DNA from: Alloascoidea hylecoeti
Lineage: Eukaryota
Direction: 5' to 3'
DNA length: 64,000 nt
Assembly (NCBI GenBank): GCA_001600815.1
Contig: BCKZ01000004.1
Span: 957,566 to 1,021,565 of the forward strand
The notes under the pieces were generated by a model. It searched no databases. It was not told where the DNA came from and saw only the letters and a program-made list of their open reading frames with translations. Made by a program: the position numbers and the translations under genes. Shown in pieces: positions 37,683 through 51,600 of this stretch; positions within the stretch are counted from its first letter, which is position 1, and every line of letters starts with the position of its first letter.

Positions 37683-38420
37683 TGAACTATTTTTTAGAAT
37701 ATCGGTGGAATATAGATTTAGAAAGGAATTCGGGTTCAAGAGGAATTCACATACAAACAAATATCATATATATATTTAAACTAAATAAAGTTGGTAAATA
37801 AACAAGAAACTGTACATGTCTGTTATATAGCTATAGCTTATATATTTCTTGAAAATAGCACACTGTGTTTCAGAAGGCCTTCAGTAGATTCCAGTTGACA
37901 GCATTTCAGGGTTCGCATTCTTTAATTTCTACCAAAAAGGCGTTTTTTCTGGCATACCAATGTCCATGCCTTATTTATCCATGATTTCTGGGACTGGTTG
38001 GCGGCATGAGGCGCAAAAATTAAGCGTAAAACACCAAAAATTCCCCGATTAAACAAAAAATGCGCATATTTATACATTTTGTTAAATTCCAGATTTAAAA
38101 ACTTTGTTTATAACTAACAAAAATTTCCCGAATGTTTCCTTTTACGAAATTAATTATACCTTCAATTTTGGAATTTAGCGCAGTTTTCCTGAGTCCGAAT
38201 AAATATTTAATTAATTGTTTGTCATATAATATTTTATAGTTGCCAGGCAATTTCTGAATGTAAACATCTTAAACTTTTCGTCTTTTTGTTTTTGGCTTTA
38301 TCCACATTTAATCTTAAACCTCTTATTACATTTTTGCCTTCCTTTTTTTCTTTTCCTCTTTTTTATCCTCTTTCTTACAATTAGCTGCTTAGTTTTGGGT
38401 TTTTATAACCTATTTACTTT

Positions 38421-41400
38421 ATGTCACAGCAACAGCAGACTGATCAGGGGAGGGATTCCCTTAAACAAAGAGCTGCTCATGGTATGTTAGGATTTTCCTA
38501 ATCTAAATCTACTTTTCTGTATACTAACCAGGTTTTTACTTTTTCGTTTTTTAAAGGAGTTGATAAAACTTTAGATCCAAATCGAACGAGAGATCTACGT
38601 TCCTTTTGGTTACAACTAGAAAATGATATAACAACGGATCCCGCAAAGTACTCTAAAGTGGGTAATGTTATACAGGAAACTAAGGGAAAGATAGATACTT
38701 CTATCTTTCAAGAAGATAAGAAAAAGTTGATGTTAGAAAGATTACCATCAAAATTAGATGTTAAACCATCTACTTTTAGACTTGAACAATTGAAAAAACA
38801 ACATGAAAATAACTATTTCAATAATAATAAAAAAATAACTAATATTAGAAAATTAGATACTCAGAAAATATCAAATTTTGAAGCAATGACTGATGAAGAG
38901 AAACAAATTTTTTTAAAAAATTTAAAAGTTAGTCTTTTACAAAAAAATGGTTATATTAATAAATCGGCTATTAAAAGTCCTTTAAACATTAGAAGTGCTG
39001 CTTTTATTGATATGATGGGTGGTAAAAATCCTTTAAGCCCTACTGATTCCGAGTCCGGGTTAAAATCTGCTACTTCATCTACTTTTGCAGATATTAATAA
39101 TAATACTAATGACGACGATTTCTATTTAAAAAGGGGCTTGGATATATCTGATGTTAATTTAAGACAACAAGAAACAAAAACTGTTCCGGAATTAGCTGAA
39201 CAATTAAGGAGAGAGTTCTATGAATTACACGGTATTGATCCTGATAATATTCCTGAACAGTACAAAGAAATCGATGAAGAATTAAGGAAATATCAATATC
39301 AAAATGAAATTGAAATTGATAGCGAAATTAAAACTGAAAGTTCTACTCCTAATAGTGCTAAACCTAGGATTGATAGGTCATTTGAAACGATCGATAATCA
39401 TCTAATTGATAAGGAGGAGAATGAAGATGAAGATGAAGATCGTGTGAAGGATTTAATTTCAAATAGAGAAGAGGAAATTCAAAAATTAGAACGACAAAAA
39501 GAATTGGAACGTGAGCGTGAACGTGAACGTGAAGCACAGCTGCAAGAGAATAAAACAGAAAGACAATTTGATTCAGATTTATTAAATCCTATTAATGAAC
39601 AATCAGATGATGATGCTTTTTCAATTTCTGAATATCAAGAAGAAAAGGAGGAAGAAGAAGAACATGAAATTCAGGAATCGTTACTTGCGTCAGTACAAAA
39701 AGAAGATGCACCATTACTTCCTACTCAACCAGGTTTAATACAGGAAGATGAGAAAAGTGATGTAATAATCCCTAATGAAAGTATTGAAGAGAACGAATCC
39801 AGCCTATCTGAGAAACTTGATTTAGAATCATCAACTGAAACTAAAACTGAGACCAAAGCTATGACCGAGACTGAAGTACCAATCATCGATTCTGAATCTG
39901 ATATAGCTAAAATTGAAGACAATATTTCATACTTGGATACACAGTATGATAATGATTCAGAAGAAAAGGTCAGTATAACATCTGATAAAGATCATGAAGA
40001 ATTGGAATCATCTAATCTTGAAACTTATGAACACACACAAGAACTACAGACTACTGAGACCATCAAACTAGAACCTGAAGTAGAACAAGAACCTAAAACA
40101 GAACAAGAGAAGGATATATTTATTCCTGAATCACATGATGAAAAAGAACAACAATCAACATTACCAGAGGAAGAGCATATTGATATTGACACTTCATATG
40201 ATGATGAAAGCTCTGAATCACCACAAGATATAACATCACCTATTGAATCATTCACTGAAATTTCACAAGTTGAATATGCAAAATCAGTACCTATTGTTAA
40301 ATTTGAATTAGCATCTAAAACACAACCACAACCTGAACAAACTAAAGATAAAAAAGAATTTGAAAATGGCATTGAACCCCCCACAAATAAACCTTTTGTA
40401 ATGCTAGGTAGACAATCTAGTCAACGTAAAAGACAAACAACAATTGAGACATTAGAAATTTATAAACCATTAAAGAAACTAAATGAAGATCAATCTGTTT
40501 TACCAAAACAGAGAATTGATGAAGATAAAATTGAAAATGAAAATGAAAATGAAAATGAATCGTTACAAATTAATTTTGAGAAATCCACTAAAGAAAGAGA
40601 TCCATCAGCTAGTTCTTATTTATTTGATACTGACATATCATATCTTAGTAGTGCTATACTATTTGCTGATGAAATTCCCGAAGAAGAAAAAACATTATCT
40701 CCTAAAAAACCTGAACCTGAGCCAATTCCTACAACACTCCCTGGTTTAAAACCAATTAGACTTCAAATATTGGAACCCGAAGATATTAAAGAAGAGAAAG
40801 AAGAACCCGTTAGTAAGGAAACGGCAAATCTAAAAGTTGATACAAAAATTGAAAGCGGAAAAGAGTTAAATCGGACTTTAAGTCCTGCATCTGCCACTTC
40901 ATGTCAAATACCAGATACATTCAAATTGTTTGAAGATAGTAAGTATAAAGATTCAGATAGTATTTCTATCATGACCTCTGATAGTCGTATGTCTGACGAA
41001 TCAATGCAAATAGAAATAGATGAAGAAATTACAAAGAGATCAAATGCAATGGATAATGCCTGGAAAGAATTATCACCAACATCAGATATATCAAATCCAA
41101 CGATTAGATTAAGTATTGGTGGTGGTAATGTAGTCTCAAGAGCAAGAACAAGTCTTACCCCTGGACTTGTTAAAGAAATTTCATTTGCTAGAAATTCATG
41201 GGAAACAAGAGTTGCCTCTAATTATTCTAATAGAACTTCAGAGGAGGGTGAAAACTTAAGGGATAGTAAGAAATTAGATGCATCTATTTTGAATGAAATT
41301 CATAATGCTCCTGTTCAAGTGGACTTATCTGATATTGGTGGTGAAGACACAGATTTTATGGTTGATTTTGGATCGGAAAAGGATACTACTCTGAATTCTC

Positions 41401-43013
41401 CTATACTAAAGGAAGAACCTAATTTAAACCCTACATCATCTCCTACGGATATCAAGGAACGATCACCCAGAAATAAAAAGAATCTTGTGATACAATCACC
41501 AACGGATTCCAATCCAAGAAGTCCAAGTGGGAATCCACCTATTGTAATAAAAACAAATGGGATTATTAGAACCCCTTCATTAACGAATGATAATGTATTA
41601 AATCCAACACGCTCGTCGTCTGTATTCTCAAGTTTAGGACGACAGGATACAATTCCTAAACGTTCTCCAGATGTTGACAACTATCTGCCAGAAAGACCAC
41701 CAAAAATATTTGAAAACTCAAATGATGCATCATCAATAATTAGTGGTGGACCAATACAAAGGCCAAGTTTTTCATCATTGAGACCTAATAATAGCTCTGC
41801 AAAATCAATTAGAAGTGTTGATTCATCAAAAACAACTGGCGCTAGACCATCAAAAGGTTTCCACGATTTACGTTTAGGACCAACGAAAAGTAATTTAACG
41901 GATATGTATACATCAAGAGCACCGTCAATGTTTTCAAATTTCAAATTAACGAGCTCAGCTCGATCAATCGTAAGTAAGAATGAATCAATTGCTGAGCCAC
42001 GTGGCAGAGAAAGAGGTAGATTATTTATAAGAGTTGTTGGTATTAAAGATATTGGATTACCTGATATCAAGAGTCATAATGCAAAATTTTATTTGATTTT
42101 AGATAACGGTATTCATTGTGTTAATACGGCAAAAATACCATTAAATGATGATTCTTCAGTTAATCAAGAATTTGAGTTGACTGTTCAAGATAATTTGGAA
42201 TTCATTGTTACTTTAAAAGCAGCTTATACTCCACAAACTCAAACTATTGAAGTACCAATTGATGAAAATTCTACTGATCAACCACTTCAACGAAAGAGAA
42301 CAGGCTTATCAAAATTATTTAAACACCGAAAAAGGAGGCATCATAAAAAAGTTAAAACTAAAAAGATTATTAAAAAATTAGCTGATCCATGGGAACCTCT
42401 AATTGATCAGGATGGAAGTTTTGGAAGAGTTTATGTTGATTTTTCAAAATATGAAGAAAGTGTGTATGCACAATTGGGAAATTTCGAAATACCTTGTTTT
42501 AATGAATGGGCGAACTTTAAAAATGATGATGGGTCCTATACTATAAAGGAAGCTTATAGAATTGGTAAAATGGAAATTTCAATGTTATTTTATCCCACCA
42601 CTAATAGTCATGGAAAAATACCAACAAGTATGAAATTAGCTTTAAAGCAAATTCGTTTATCGAAAGCTATTAAATCTGTTTCGTATGAAGGTTATCTAGC
42701 TCAACAGGGCGGTGATTGTACAAGTTGGAAACGACGATACTTTAAATTGAAAGATTTAGATTTCATGTCTTACAGCACAAGTTCAATGAAACCACGAGCT
42801 AATATTAATCTAGGTAAAGCTGTTCAAGTGAAACACATCGGTACTGATGACGATCAGGACGAGCTTTATGGACCACAAGAATTTAAAGTTATTTTCTTGA
42901 ATGGAGAAAGCATAAACTTCACGGCAGAAACAGTGGCACAAAAAGTCGATTGGATTAATGCTTTACAGCTTGTTATTGGACAGAACGCAATTAGAACACG
43001 GAATTTGTTTTAG
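38421..43013 (+). CDS. BUD4: Anillin-like bud-site selection protein Bud4/Int1, ~1505 aa; exons 38421-38481 and 38557-43013
   Basis: C-terminal anillin-homology region 'ERGRLFIRVVGIKD..LP...LDNGIHCV...QEFELTV' and PH domain 'EGYLAQQGGDC..WKRRYFKL'. Intron GTATGT...TACTAAC...AAG restores the frame. Confidence 0.9.
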
Positions 43014-43471
43014 ATAATTTATATGCTTTAACTAATTAATATCTCCACAATTAATCAAATAATCGAACAAAACGCAATCAGAGCGCGGAATCTATTTTAT
43101 AAATAAAATATGAGTGTGTCTCATGGATGCTGTTCTTCGATACCTCGATTTCAAAATTTTTTTTCAAGAGTCTTATAAGTATTACCTCATGAACTTCTCA
43201 TGGGGTTTAATTTTCTTTTTCTTTTCTCCATATTATCACGAAGTTCAAGCACATCGCTGAAACTCATCGACTTTCTTTTTTGATTAATATTAATAATCTA
43301 CTATATAGTTACGTATATGAGTTAAGTTTGATATATATAAATATTTGTTTACAGCATTTTAAGAATAGAAATAATTTAGTCAATGATGCATTTTTTAATT
43401 TTTTTTTTCATTAAAATTCATGATAAAAATAGAAATACAGTAGTTATATAATCAGTTATTTTTCTGACATT

Positions 43472-44607
43472 TTATTGGTTCCATCCGTTATTCCAGTTCC
43501 CATTTTGCTGATTGAAGTTATTGTTGAAATTATTAAACCCTTGCTGCTGTGGTTGTTGGTTCATTCTATTGTTCCGATTATTATTATTGCCGTTATTGTT
43601 GTTACCTCCATTTTGTGGAAAGTTTGGCATTCCAAAATTGTTGTTATCTCCTTGTTGACCATTGAACATTCCCATATTCATCTGATTTATGGCGCTAGCG
43701 GGCCCAGTTGGAGCTCCCATGCCTGGTGGAGCTCCCATGCCTGGTGGAGCTCCCATACCTGGAGGTCCATTGTTATTACCACTGGAGTACATATCAACAT
43801 TCATCATGTCATCAGCATGAGGCATTCCATTTGGAGGGGGAGGGAAACCATTCATACCCATCATTGTCGGCGGAAACATACCTGGCATCCCCATAGGACC
43901 CATTCCAACCATCATCTGTTGCATTAAGGTTTGTGGGTTGAAATCATCTCTAGTCTTATCTTGTTTGGCACAATAGGCTGTCCATGTGAAGTCATCAAAA
44001 CCATAATTAAAATAATCTGTTACATCAGCACCAGGTTTTCGCCATGGTTTATCTTCAAAAGATTCCAGTTCAACCTCAGTTATAGGTTTACCTTCATATT
44101 CGCCTATTTTGTCAATATCTATTGTTGGAACATTTATTGTCGAACCAGGTGTAGATTCTTTGGGTTTCTCTATATCTTCTTCTTCTTTTGTCGTGGTCTG
44201 CCTTCGTATTGAAGAATAAGGTGTGTGTTTTGCAGGTGCCTCAACTTTCTGTCCTGGGAGTGGTTCAATAATAAATTCAACATCTGAATCTGAACCCTCA
44301 TCGTCGTCACCTTCTTCATCATCATCGCTGTTATCCTCATTACTTTCATTTTCTCCAACTTTATTCTTCTCAGTGTTGTTTTTTTCTATATGTTTTGAAG
44401 GTTCCTCCTTATCTGATTCACCGTAAAGTTCATCTTCATCAATATCATCTAAATTCAAATTGAAAACGTTAGAAACAAATATTTAATCAATTAATATAAT
44501 TAAATATATATATGTATAGACCTACCCTCTAGCACCTTTTGTCGTTTTGAGCTCGGTTCATCGGACGCATAAAGAAACTCATCATCTTCATCTTCATGGT
44601 TTGTCAT
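43472..44607 (-). CDS. FIP1: Pre-mRNA 3'-processing factor Fip1, 352 aa; exons 44607-44526 and 44448-43472
   Basis: Fip1 motif '[29 protein letters not shown]' and 'DSDVEFII'. Intron 44525-44449 (GTAGGT...TCTAAC...TAG). Confidence 0.94.
43709..43766 (-). repeat. 18-nt tandem repeat x3 encoding (PPGMGA)n in FIP1
   Basis: ggagctcccatgcctggt repeated on + strand. Confidence 0.9.
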
Positions 44608-44702
44608 TTTCGAACAATCTTAAAGATTTTGCTTTAAGCTTAGTAGAAATGAGGTGAAGCAGAAAAATGAATGTACGGATGTAATGAATATAAGATTCGT
44701 TG

Positions 44703-44717
44703 TAGGGTTTAGCCCTA
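44703..44717. promoter_or_regulatory. Inverted TAGGG-N5-CCCTA element (Tbf1-like) in the FIP1/RPL43 divergent promoter
   Basis: tagggtttagcccta; resembles the paired Tbf1 sites of Candida ribosomal-protein promoters. Confidence 0.45.
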
Positions 44718-44855
44718 TTATATTTTAATTCCCAATATGGGAATAGCAGTCATTGCATGCTCTAAGTATATTCTGGAATGACTAGATTCTGTATTTCGAT
44801 TAAACTATTACCAATTTCAACACAAATATTTTGACATTAATAGTTAACACAAGAG

Positions 44856-45150
44856 GTATGTTTAAAAGTAACCACGAGTAGAAGTTTGTGACAGGAGAAT
44901 GCAACAGGATATTCTAAATTCAATCAAAATGCTCTTATCAGTTAAAAGGGGTGAATATGTAAATTGACGAATGATTAAATGTGTTTTCCAAGTCTGGTGA
45001 ACAAGAATATTCAACAGTACTTGTCAATTATAAAAAATTCAAAGATGATATAAAAGTTCATATGATTTTGCAGAATATCCTTTGTTGTACTTGTCTATAA
45101 TCTCAACTTTTTATTTAATTATGGCTGGAAGCTAACATTTATATTTTTAG
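44856..45150 (+). other. Putative 5'UTR intron of RPL43 (295 nt)
   Basis: Donor AG|GTATGT at 44856, branch GCTAAC at 45131, acceptor TTTTAG at 45150, followed by a 9-nt exon ending in the AT of the start codon. Confidence 0.7.
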
Positions 45151-45157
45151 ATCAAAA

Positions 45158-45618
45158 ATGTAAGTTACAAGCGAAGATTATGAAACTGAGAAACATAATT
45201 CAACACTCTGAAACTCGAAACTTTACCCAAGAATTCAATAATAATCTTTTAATCAACATTTACTAATAAGTTAACAATAGGACAAAAAGAACTAAGAAGG
45301 TCGGAATCACAGGTAAATACGGTGTCAGATACGGTTCATCCCTTCGTCGTCAATGTAAGAAACTTGAAATTCAACAACATTCTCGATACACATGTCCTTT
45401 CTGTGGTAAGAAGACCGTTCAGAGAGTTGCTACTGGTATCTGGAACTGTAAGGGTTGTAACAGACAATTAGCTGGAGGTGCATATGCTTTTGCGTAAGTA
45501 TATTTTATTATGATATTATGTCAAGCTTGTGAATTGTTTCTAACTGTCTTTTAGTACACCTGCTGCCCTCACTGCTAGATCAACCATTAGACGTCTAAGA
45601 GATCTTGCTGAAGCATAA
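45158..45618 (+). CDS. RPL43: 60S ribosomal protein eL43, 92 aa; coding exons 45158-45159, 45281-45493, 45555-45618 (absent from ORF track)
   Basis: AT|G split start; '[25 protein letters not shown]...CPFCGK...GIWNCKGC...[26 protein letters not shown]'. Introns 45160-45280 and 45494-45554 (both GTAAGT...TAG). Confidence 0.97.
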
Positions 45619-45619
45619 A

Positions 45620-48600
45620 CAAAATTTTCAGAAATATAACCCTACTATTTAAAGTCTAATATACTTGTAATATTTATCTTTGGCATAAATAATTAATGAT
45701 TCGTATGACTAAATGTGTGGAATAGTAGAAATTATAATTGTAAAGTTTTCAAGAGATCGAGCGGTATTGGTTAAGTATTTACTATATACTCGGATCTAAA
45801 TAGAGGCCGTTGATTTTATACATGAATATTCGCGACTACTGTGTAAAAAATCAGGTGAGTATAAGTAAGGAGCTGATCATAATTTCTTTCTCATGATATA
45901 TTAAGAGATTAAGCCAACGTGAATTGCAACGTGTACCATAAAGGATACAAGGTTTCTAATAACTGAGGTCAGAGGACCTGAGGTTAATACTAATTAGAGT
46001 ATTGGTATATAATCAGGCTCATTAAATTGAAAAGATTCTTTAAAAATGTATCGAGATCGGGAGTAGTAAGTACTGCACTGCGGCTCAAAAATTAAGTTGC
46101 AGGTGTCAATCACTATCAAATATAATTAAGCTTGTTACTCTCGAGCTCATTCCTAACTGATAACTATTAACATGGCCATGGAGGATGGTACTTTGTAGGG
46201 CCGTATATCTATACTGCAGCTACATATTAATATATCGGTATAAGCTTATAGTTGATTATTTATATATAAATCGATGATGATTATTTATAATTAGTAGTAT
46301 CGCACTGTATAATTACCTAATAACAAATATGTTGTGACACACAGAGGGAGTACTGGTAGCAATATATAGGCTATAATATAATGGATCTGAAAACAAATAC
46401 AAGTACACCTTTCGATTTTCATAAACAAATAGCTGTAATTTTAAAGCTCATGAGAGGGAGGTGCTTCTGCTGTCACAATTAGAGTAAGTATCCTATTTTC
46501 CGAACAGTTTCTTTTATCTAGGCTATGGTCATTGACACTGTTATAGCAAGGTTACAGGGTAATAATACGGGTACACTACAGCTAGCAAGTACTAGAATAT
46601 TAATTAATACCATGATCGTTATATTATATAAACGTTAAAACTAACTATTAAATATAATGCTAGTTTATAATTAGGGAGTGAATTTTAAATTGTTAATCTA
46701 CAAGATGTAGACATTCGATGATAAAAGCAGCCGATTTTAATGAAACTATATGTTATTAATAACCGTAAGATTTTGTTAATTTATACTTATAAGATATTAA
46801 ACTTTTCAGATAGCTCTAATTCCATACACATGACCACTTATAATTATGAATAAATTGGTTACGAAATGATTTATAGCTATAGATATTGATCTATATTAGA
46901 CCTCGAGTTCGTATAGCATTATATACTTTATATATTCATAGCGCTGTAAATAAGTTTAGGGTATATATAGAAAACAATACCATCAAATATGTTTTTATTA
47001 TTTCCAAGTATTATAAGTTCAAAGTTATGATTAAGCAATTAATTATACCTATTGCAAATATTATTCTGATCGGATAATATGCTCTTAAACTTTAAGATCT
47101 CACGATCGATTATATTGGTGAAGTGATATCAAATAGTATAAGTTATACCTTTTGCGCAATATATTATTTGTTAAGCTGTATATGTGTACGCAGAAAGTTA
47201 GTCTTCGGTATATTTTTTTAGATCTGTCATCAACACATTGAAAACTCGGATTTATTTTATTTAAATTTCATATTTATATATATTTCATTATTGATGCTTA
47301 TAGTAAAATTTTAATATTAATATTCATATAGATAGTTATGTTCATATTCATGGCGCGCTCGCGATTGTATACACTAATGAATCTTAAATATATTCATTTA
47401 TCATTTTAAAAGTAGATATTCACATTTGTAATCTGGCCGTTATAATTAAATGTAGATCTATATTCAGTGGTATAATAAATATTTATATAATTAAGCTTAA
47501 GCCTAATCGATCGGCAAGACTGTTATTTATAATCAATAATCATATTTTAGTAATTTGTTTTCATATATACTTATTAGAAAGAATATAAATATATAAGCAT
47601 ATACATATAGGATGTTATATATGATGTGAAAACTTATCGTTGTATATGATTTACATATAATATGATATACATATAATTAATATTAATATATGAAACGACA
47701 CATGTAAATTATGTCTTAACTCTCAGAAATATTGCTATTAACGTATGGTAAATAAATAATAAAACTCAATCAAACTGTAAGATTTCCTTCAACTAAAGTC
47801 CATAGTGATCATAAACATATATGTATTTTTACGGTATTAATGTATATCTAATGACTAAGAGAGCCGTTCTACGGATCTTTCGGACTTCTGACAATCTTAT
47901 AGAAACTACTTATCTTAAATGAGTCAATGAAGTTGACTTTAAATGCTAGTATATATAACAATAATAAGGTATATTTATACAGTTTGTATGGTAATATAAA
48001 ATATATATTTAATCTTGGTATAGGCTATATTGGCTAAATACATATCGGGGGTTTAAATTTTTTGCTGAAACATATATTGTCAGCCAAATAAATATGTTAT
48101 AACTATAGTTTAAAAGTGTTATTAGTCGATATATTGTTGATAATTAGCCAGAAAAATTAAAAAAGCGGTAGATTTTTTTTAGAAGTACTTGAAAGGTCTG
48201 TAACTATTAACTAGTTAGCTGAAGATACTTTCATTCATTGCTAATTGATTTTTGAAAGTATCTGCAATTGATGAAATTAAATTTAAATATATGTAAACTA
48301 ATAAACTTATATTTGGTAAAAAAAAGTGATAGAGTGCTATCACTGAGTTAAACCTGGTACTCACTTGCAGAGTAGTTAATACGGCTTCAAGTATTCGTTA
48401 TCTTAACCAATTGAGGATATAAACTTGCAATTTTTTAAAGGTTATATTTTAGTCGGCTATTAAGCTTAAATAATCTTACATCGATATGAAAAAATATGAG
48501 TTATTTCGGAATATTTGCACAAGACCAATGCAGTAGTGCATATGCATACCAATTTAAGTAATTAATATTACCTTATATGTTAACTAATTAAAATATCACA

Positions 48601-51600
48601 TGATCTGAATAGTAGATCCTTCGAAACAGAGAATTATTATGAACAAAATTGAGCAAACTATTAAATCCCTTTAACTGTACTTGTTCCTAGTCATGTAAAA
48701 CAGATATGAGTATAATGTCTTTAAATTGAGTAATTATAGCACCGATAAAATTTAATTGCAAGCACACACTATAATCATATCTTAAGTTTCAAATAATTAC
48801 AACTATATGATGTTACATAGATTTTTGATTCACGGTCATTATTGGCCATGTTTAATTATAAGTTTATATTACTGGGATAATAATGCTTAAGCATACTATA
48901 ATTAGAAGTATATATTATAAGACTTTATATTGTTTGCGAGTCAGTAAATGAACGTTAACCAAAGATCCTCAAACAAATATCGGGATACATATACTTTGTT
49001 GCAAATATTGAATGAGTACGTATATATATACAGATGTGTTATAGTTATGATGGAGTCAGGAATTTGTATAGGTTGATAATCGATCGGTTGAACATTTGGA
49101 CTTATACTTATATACTGGTATATACAAATGCATATCTAATTAAAATGGCGTTAACCATATTAATAGCTGAATGTTATGATCACAAATAGTTCAATATTAT
49201 TGGTACACAAGATTAAAAACACCGATCGCAATAGATTATTATATTAATAATAAATAAAATAAGAAGACAAATGGTAACAAAATACTATTTATTATTGTTT
49301 AAACCTTATTATTGAAACCTTAAGATGCATATAATTAGAACCTATATATAGCTATATAATAGATATATGGATCTAGATCTAGATCTCAAGCTTATCTAAA
49401 GCTTGTAGAAAATATTAGTTGCTCCTACTTTTTCCTTCTTTAAAAAGTTATAAAGAGATGTATATATTATATATATTTGATGAATAATCTGCATATATAT
49501 GATTATCGGATATCACGCCTGTATTTAACTATGATATATGTTACAATCGTATCAAAACCTTTTATATATAATATATCTAGCTATGGTATACAAGCTGGTA
49601 CGGTTAAAAGTCTTAAAACTATATGTATAACTATGTATCAGCAGCGAATGATTGTATATTACTGCTATTGGCTACATGTGTATATATAAATATAATATTA
49701 TGAAGTGATATATGAGCCAATAATTGAGCTACCAATTATAATATCGCTTTAATACTGTCATAACTATCTTGTAACTGATTAATGAATATTAATTATTGGT
49801 TTACGTTTTTATTTTCTGCCACGATGAAATCTTTTTAGCCACTACATGTCATTGTAATATTAATTGATGGCTTCAAACAACACAAAGAGCTTTTTCAAGC
49901 AGGATCTAAACTTAAATATATACATCATAATCTCTTTATATATACATTTCATTACAGGGTAATTGGTCCCGGGAATAAACAATGGTGATCTATAAAAAGC
50001 CTGGCACAATTATTCAAACAAAAACTCATCTCACTTTTGTTTTAAATTTAAACAGTCCAGAGTTTTATTATACCGGTATATGCAAAACCTATCTATAGGG
50101 CCGAATATAGATACCATTATCTTGGAAATTTATGATCTTCTGCAGTTGGGGTTTAGAATGTGAGATTTTATAATTTAGCTTTCACTTGGTGGGGAGCGCG
50201 CGCATACGTAATACAAGCTCAAGGGAACTCAACGAAGTTTACCATCTTTTGCTTTTTAACATTAATTTATAGTCACAAGTATTAGATATAAGTATACTTC
50301 TTCATATGTTCTTAGGCCCACACTTTCTAGTAGACTTGTTAAGGAAGTTAACACTATATAAATGTTAACTGTGATACTGGTATATTTATTAATGTTTCTA
50401 ACAATCAACTAGCGCTCTATAGCCATGGCGTTGTATTCTAGTCAAAGTTATAACTCGTTAAAACCTATGTGTATATTAACTCAATTTCGTTAAAAATTCG
50501 TAATTACCAGTCCTTTAGTCCCAGATGAAGAGTCTATAAAATATGAATAATTATAAAATATTGAGCACACCATTTGAGTGTTTTATACATAAATATATTG
50601 GAATATTGAAAATATATTGATCATAGTTTATGTCTGGGCATATCATTTTCTGGGTACTTATGATTTACATTTTCTTTCAAATCTTATCGCTTTTTAATAA
50701 AAGTATGATATCGGTATTATAGAAGAAAATTTGAAGCTATTTTAAAATTTAATGCATTTTCTATGTATATGACTAGATCAGCATATATAACTAATTCTTC
50801 CGACTCAATAGGGTATATTCTAGTTTAAAATATTATATTGTTAAAAAAAAATATAATTTGCATATAAAGTTTACAGTAGTACTGATACGCAGCCATTCCA
50901 CTAAATAATCGGCCATATTTTGAACTTAATCAAGTGTACAGTATTATAATCAACTCATGCCATGTGCATAATTTTTTATATTCCAATTATTAATTTTGCT
51001 ATATGGTAGTATATGTATAGTTTTAGATGCTTACTTGGACTTCTTCTAACATTTATTATCGGTCATATTACTATGACGTCTAAATTTGCGAAACGTCACG
51101 TGATGAATGGTTTTCCTAAAATTACATAATTACAATATAATATAATACTGGAGTTATTTTAAACAGAAAAAAGTAGAGTATAATAATCTGAACATGAAAG
51201 CTCATATATTTATAATTGGTGATACTTTTTGCTTAATTTCAAAAAAACGTGTAACTTTAACTACAATTAGCATTAATATTAATTGCTACTTATAATGGAT
51301 AATCTAATTAGAAACACATAGCTATAGGTAATCAGCCCTTAACATTGTTAATATATTGCAATTGGAAACAGGGGTCCCTGCTTAATTTTATTTTGACACA
51401 TGGTATGATATTGGAATTGAAAGATGGAAAATTGGAAATAGGTATTATTGCGAGATATGAAATCTCCGGATCAGCTGACACCAAAATTACCCTTTTTCCC
51501 CTGTTAGTTATGTACACAGTGCTATTAAATATAAATATCTTATTCAATATTTGAGAAAATGAAAAATCGTAATTGTTTGCACTTTATTATTAAAATCGAA

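Noticed and set aside
26421..44426. Antisense Ser/Phe/Leu-rich ORFs (e.g. 26421-26903, 34021-34455, 40025-40384, 43475-43927)
   Set aside because: Shadow ORFs opposite Glu/Lys/Asp-rich or low-complexity genes.
51095..51220. GTCACGTG plus AT-rich stretch as a point centromere (CDEI-CDEII)
   Set aside because: No CDEIII (TGT..TG..TTCCGAA) at the expected distance, and point centromeres are not expected in this type of yeast.
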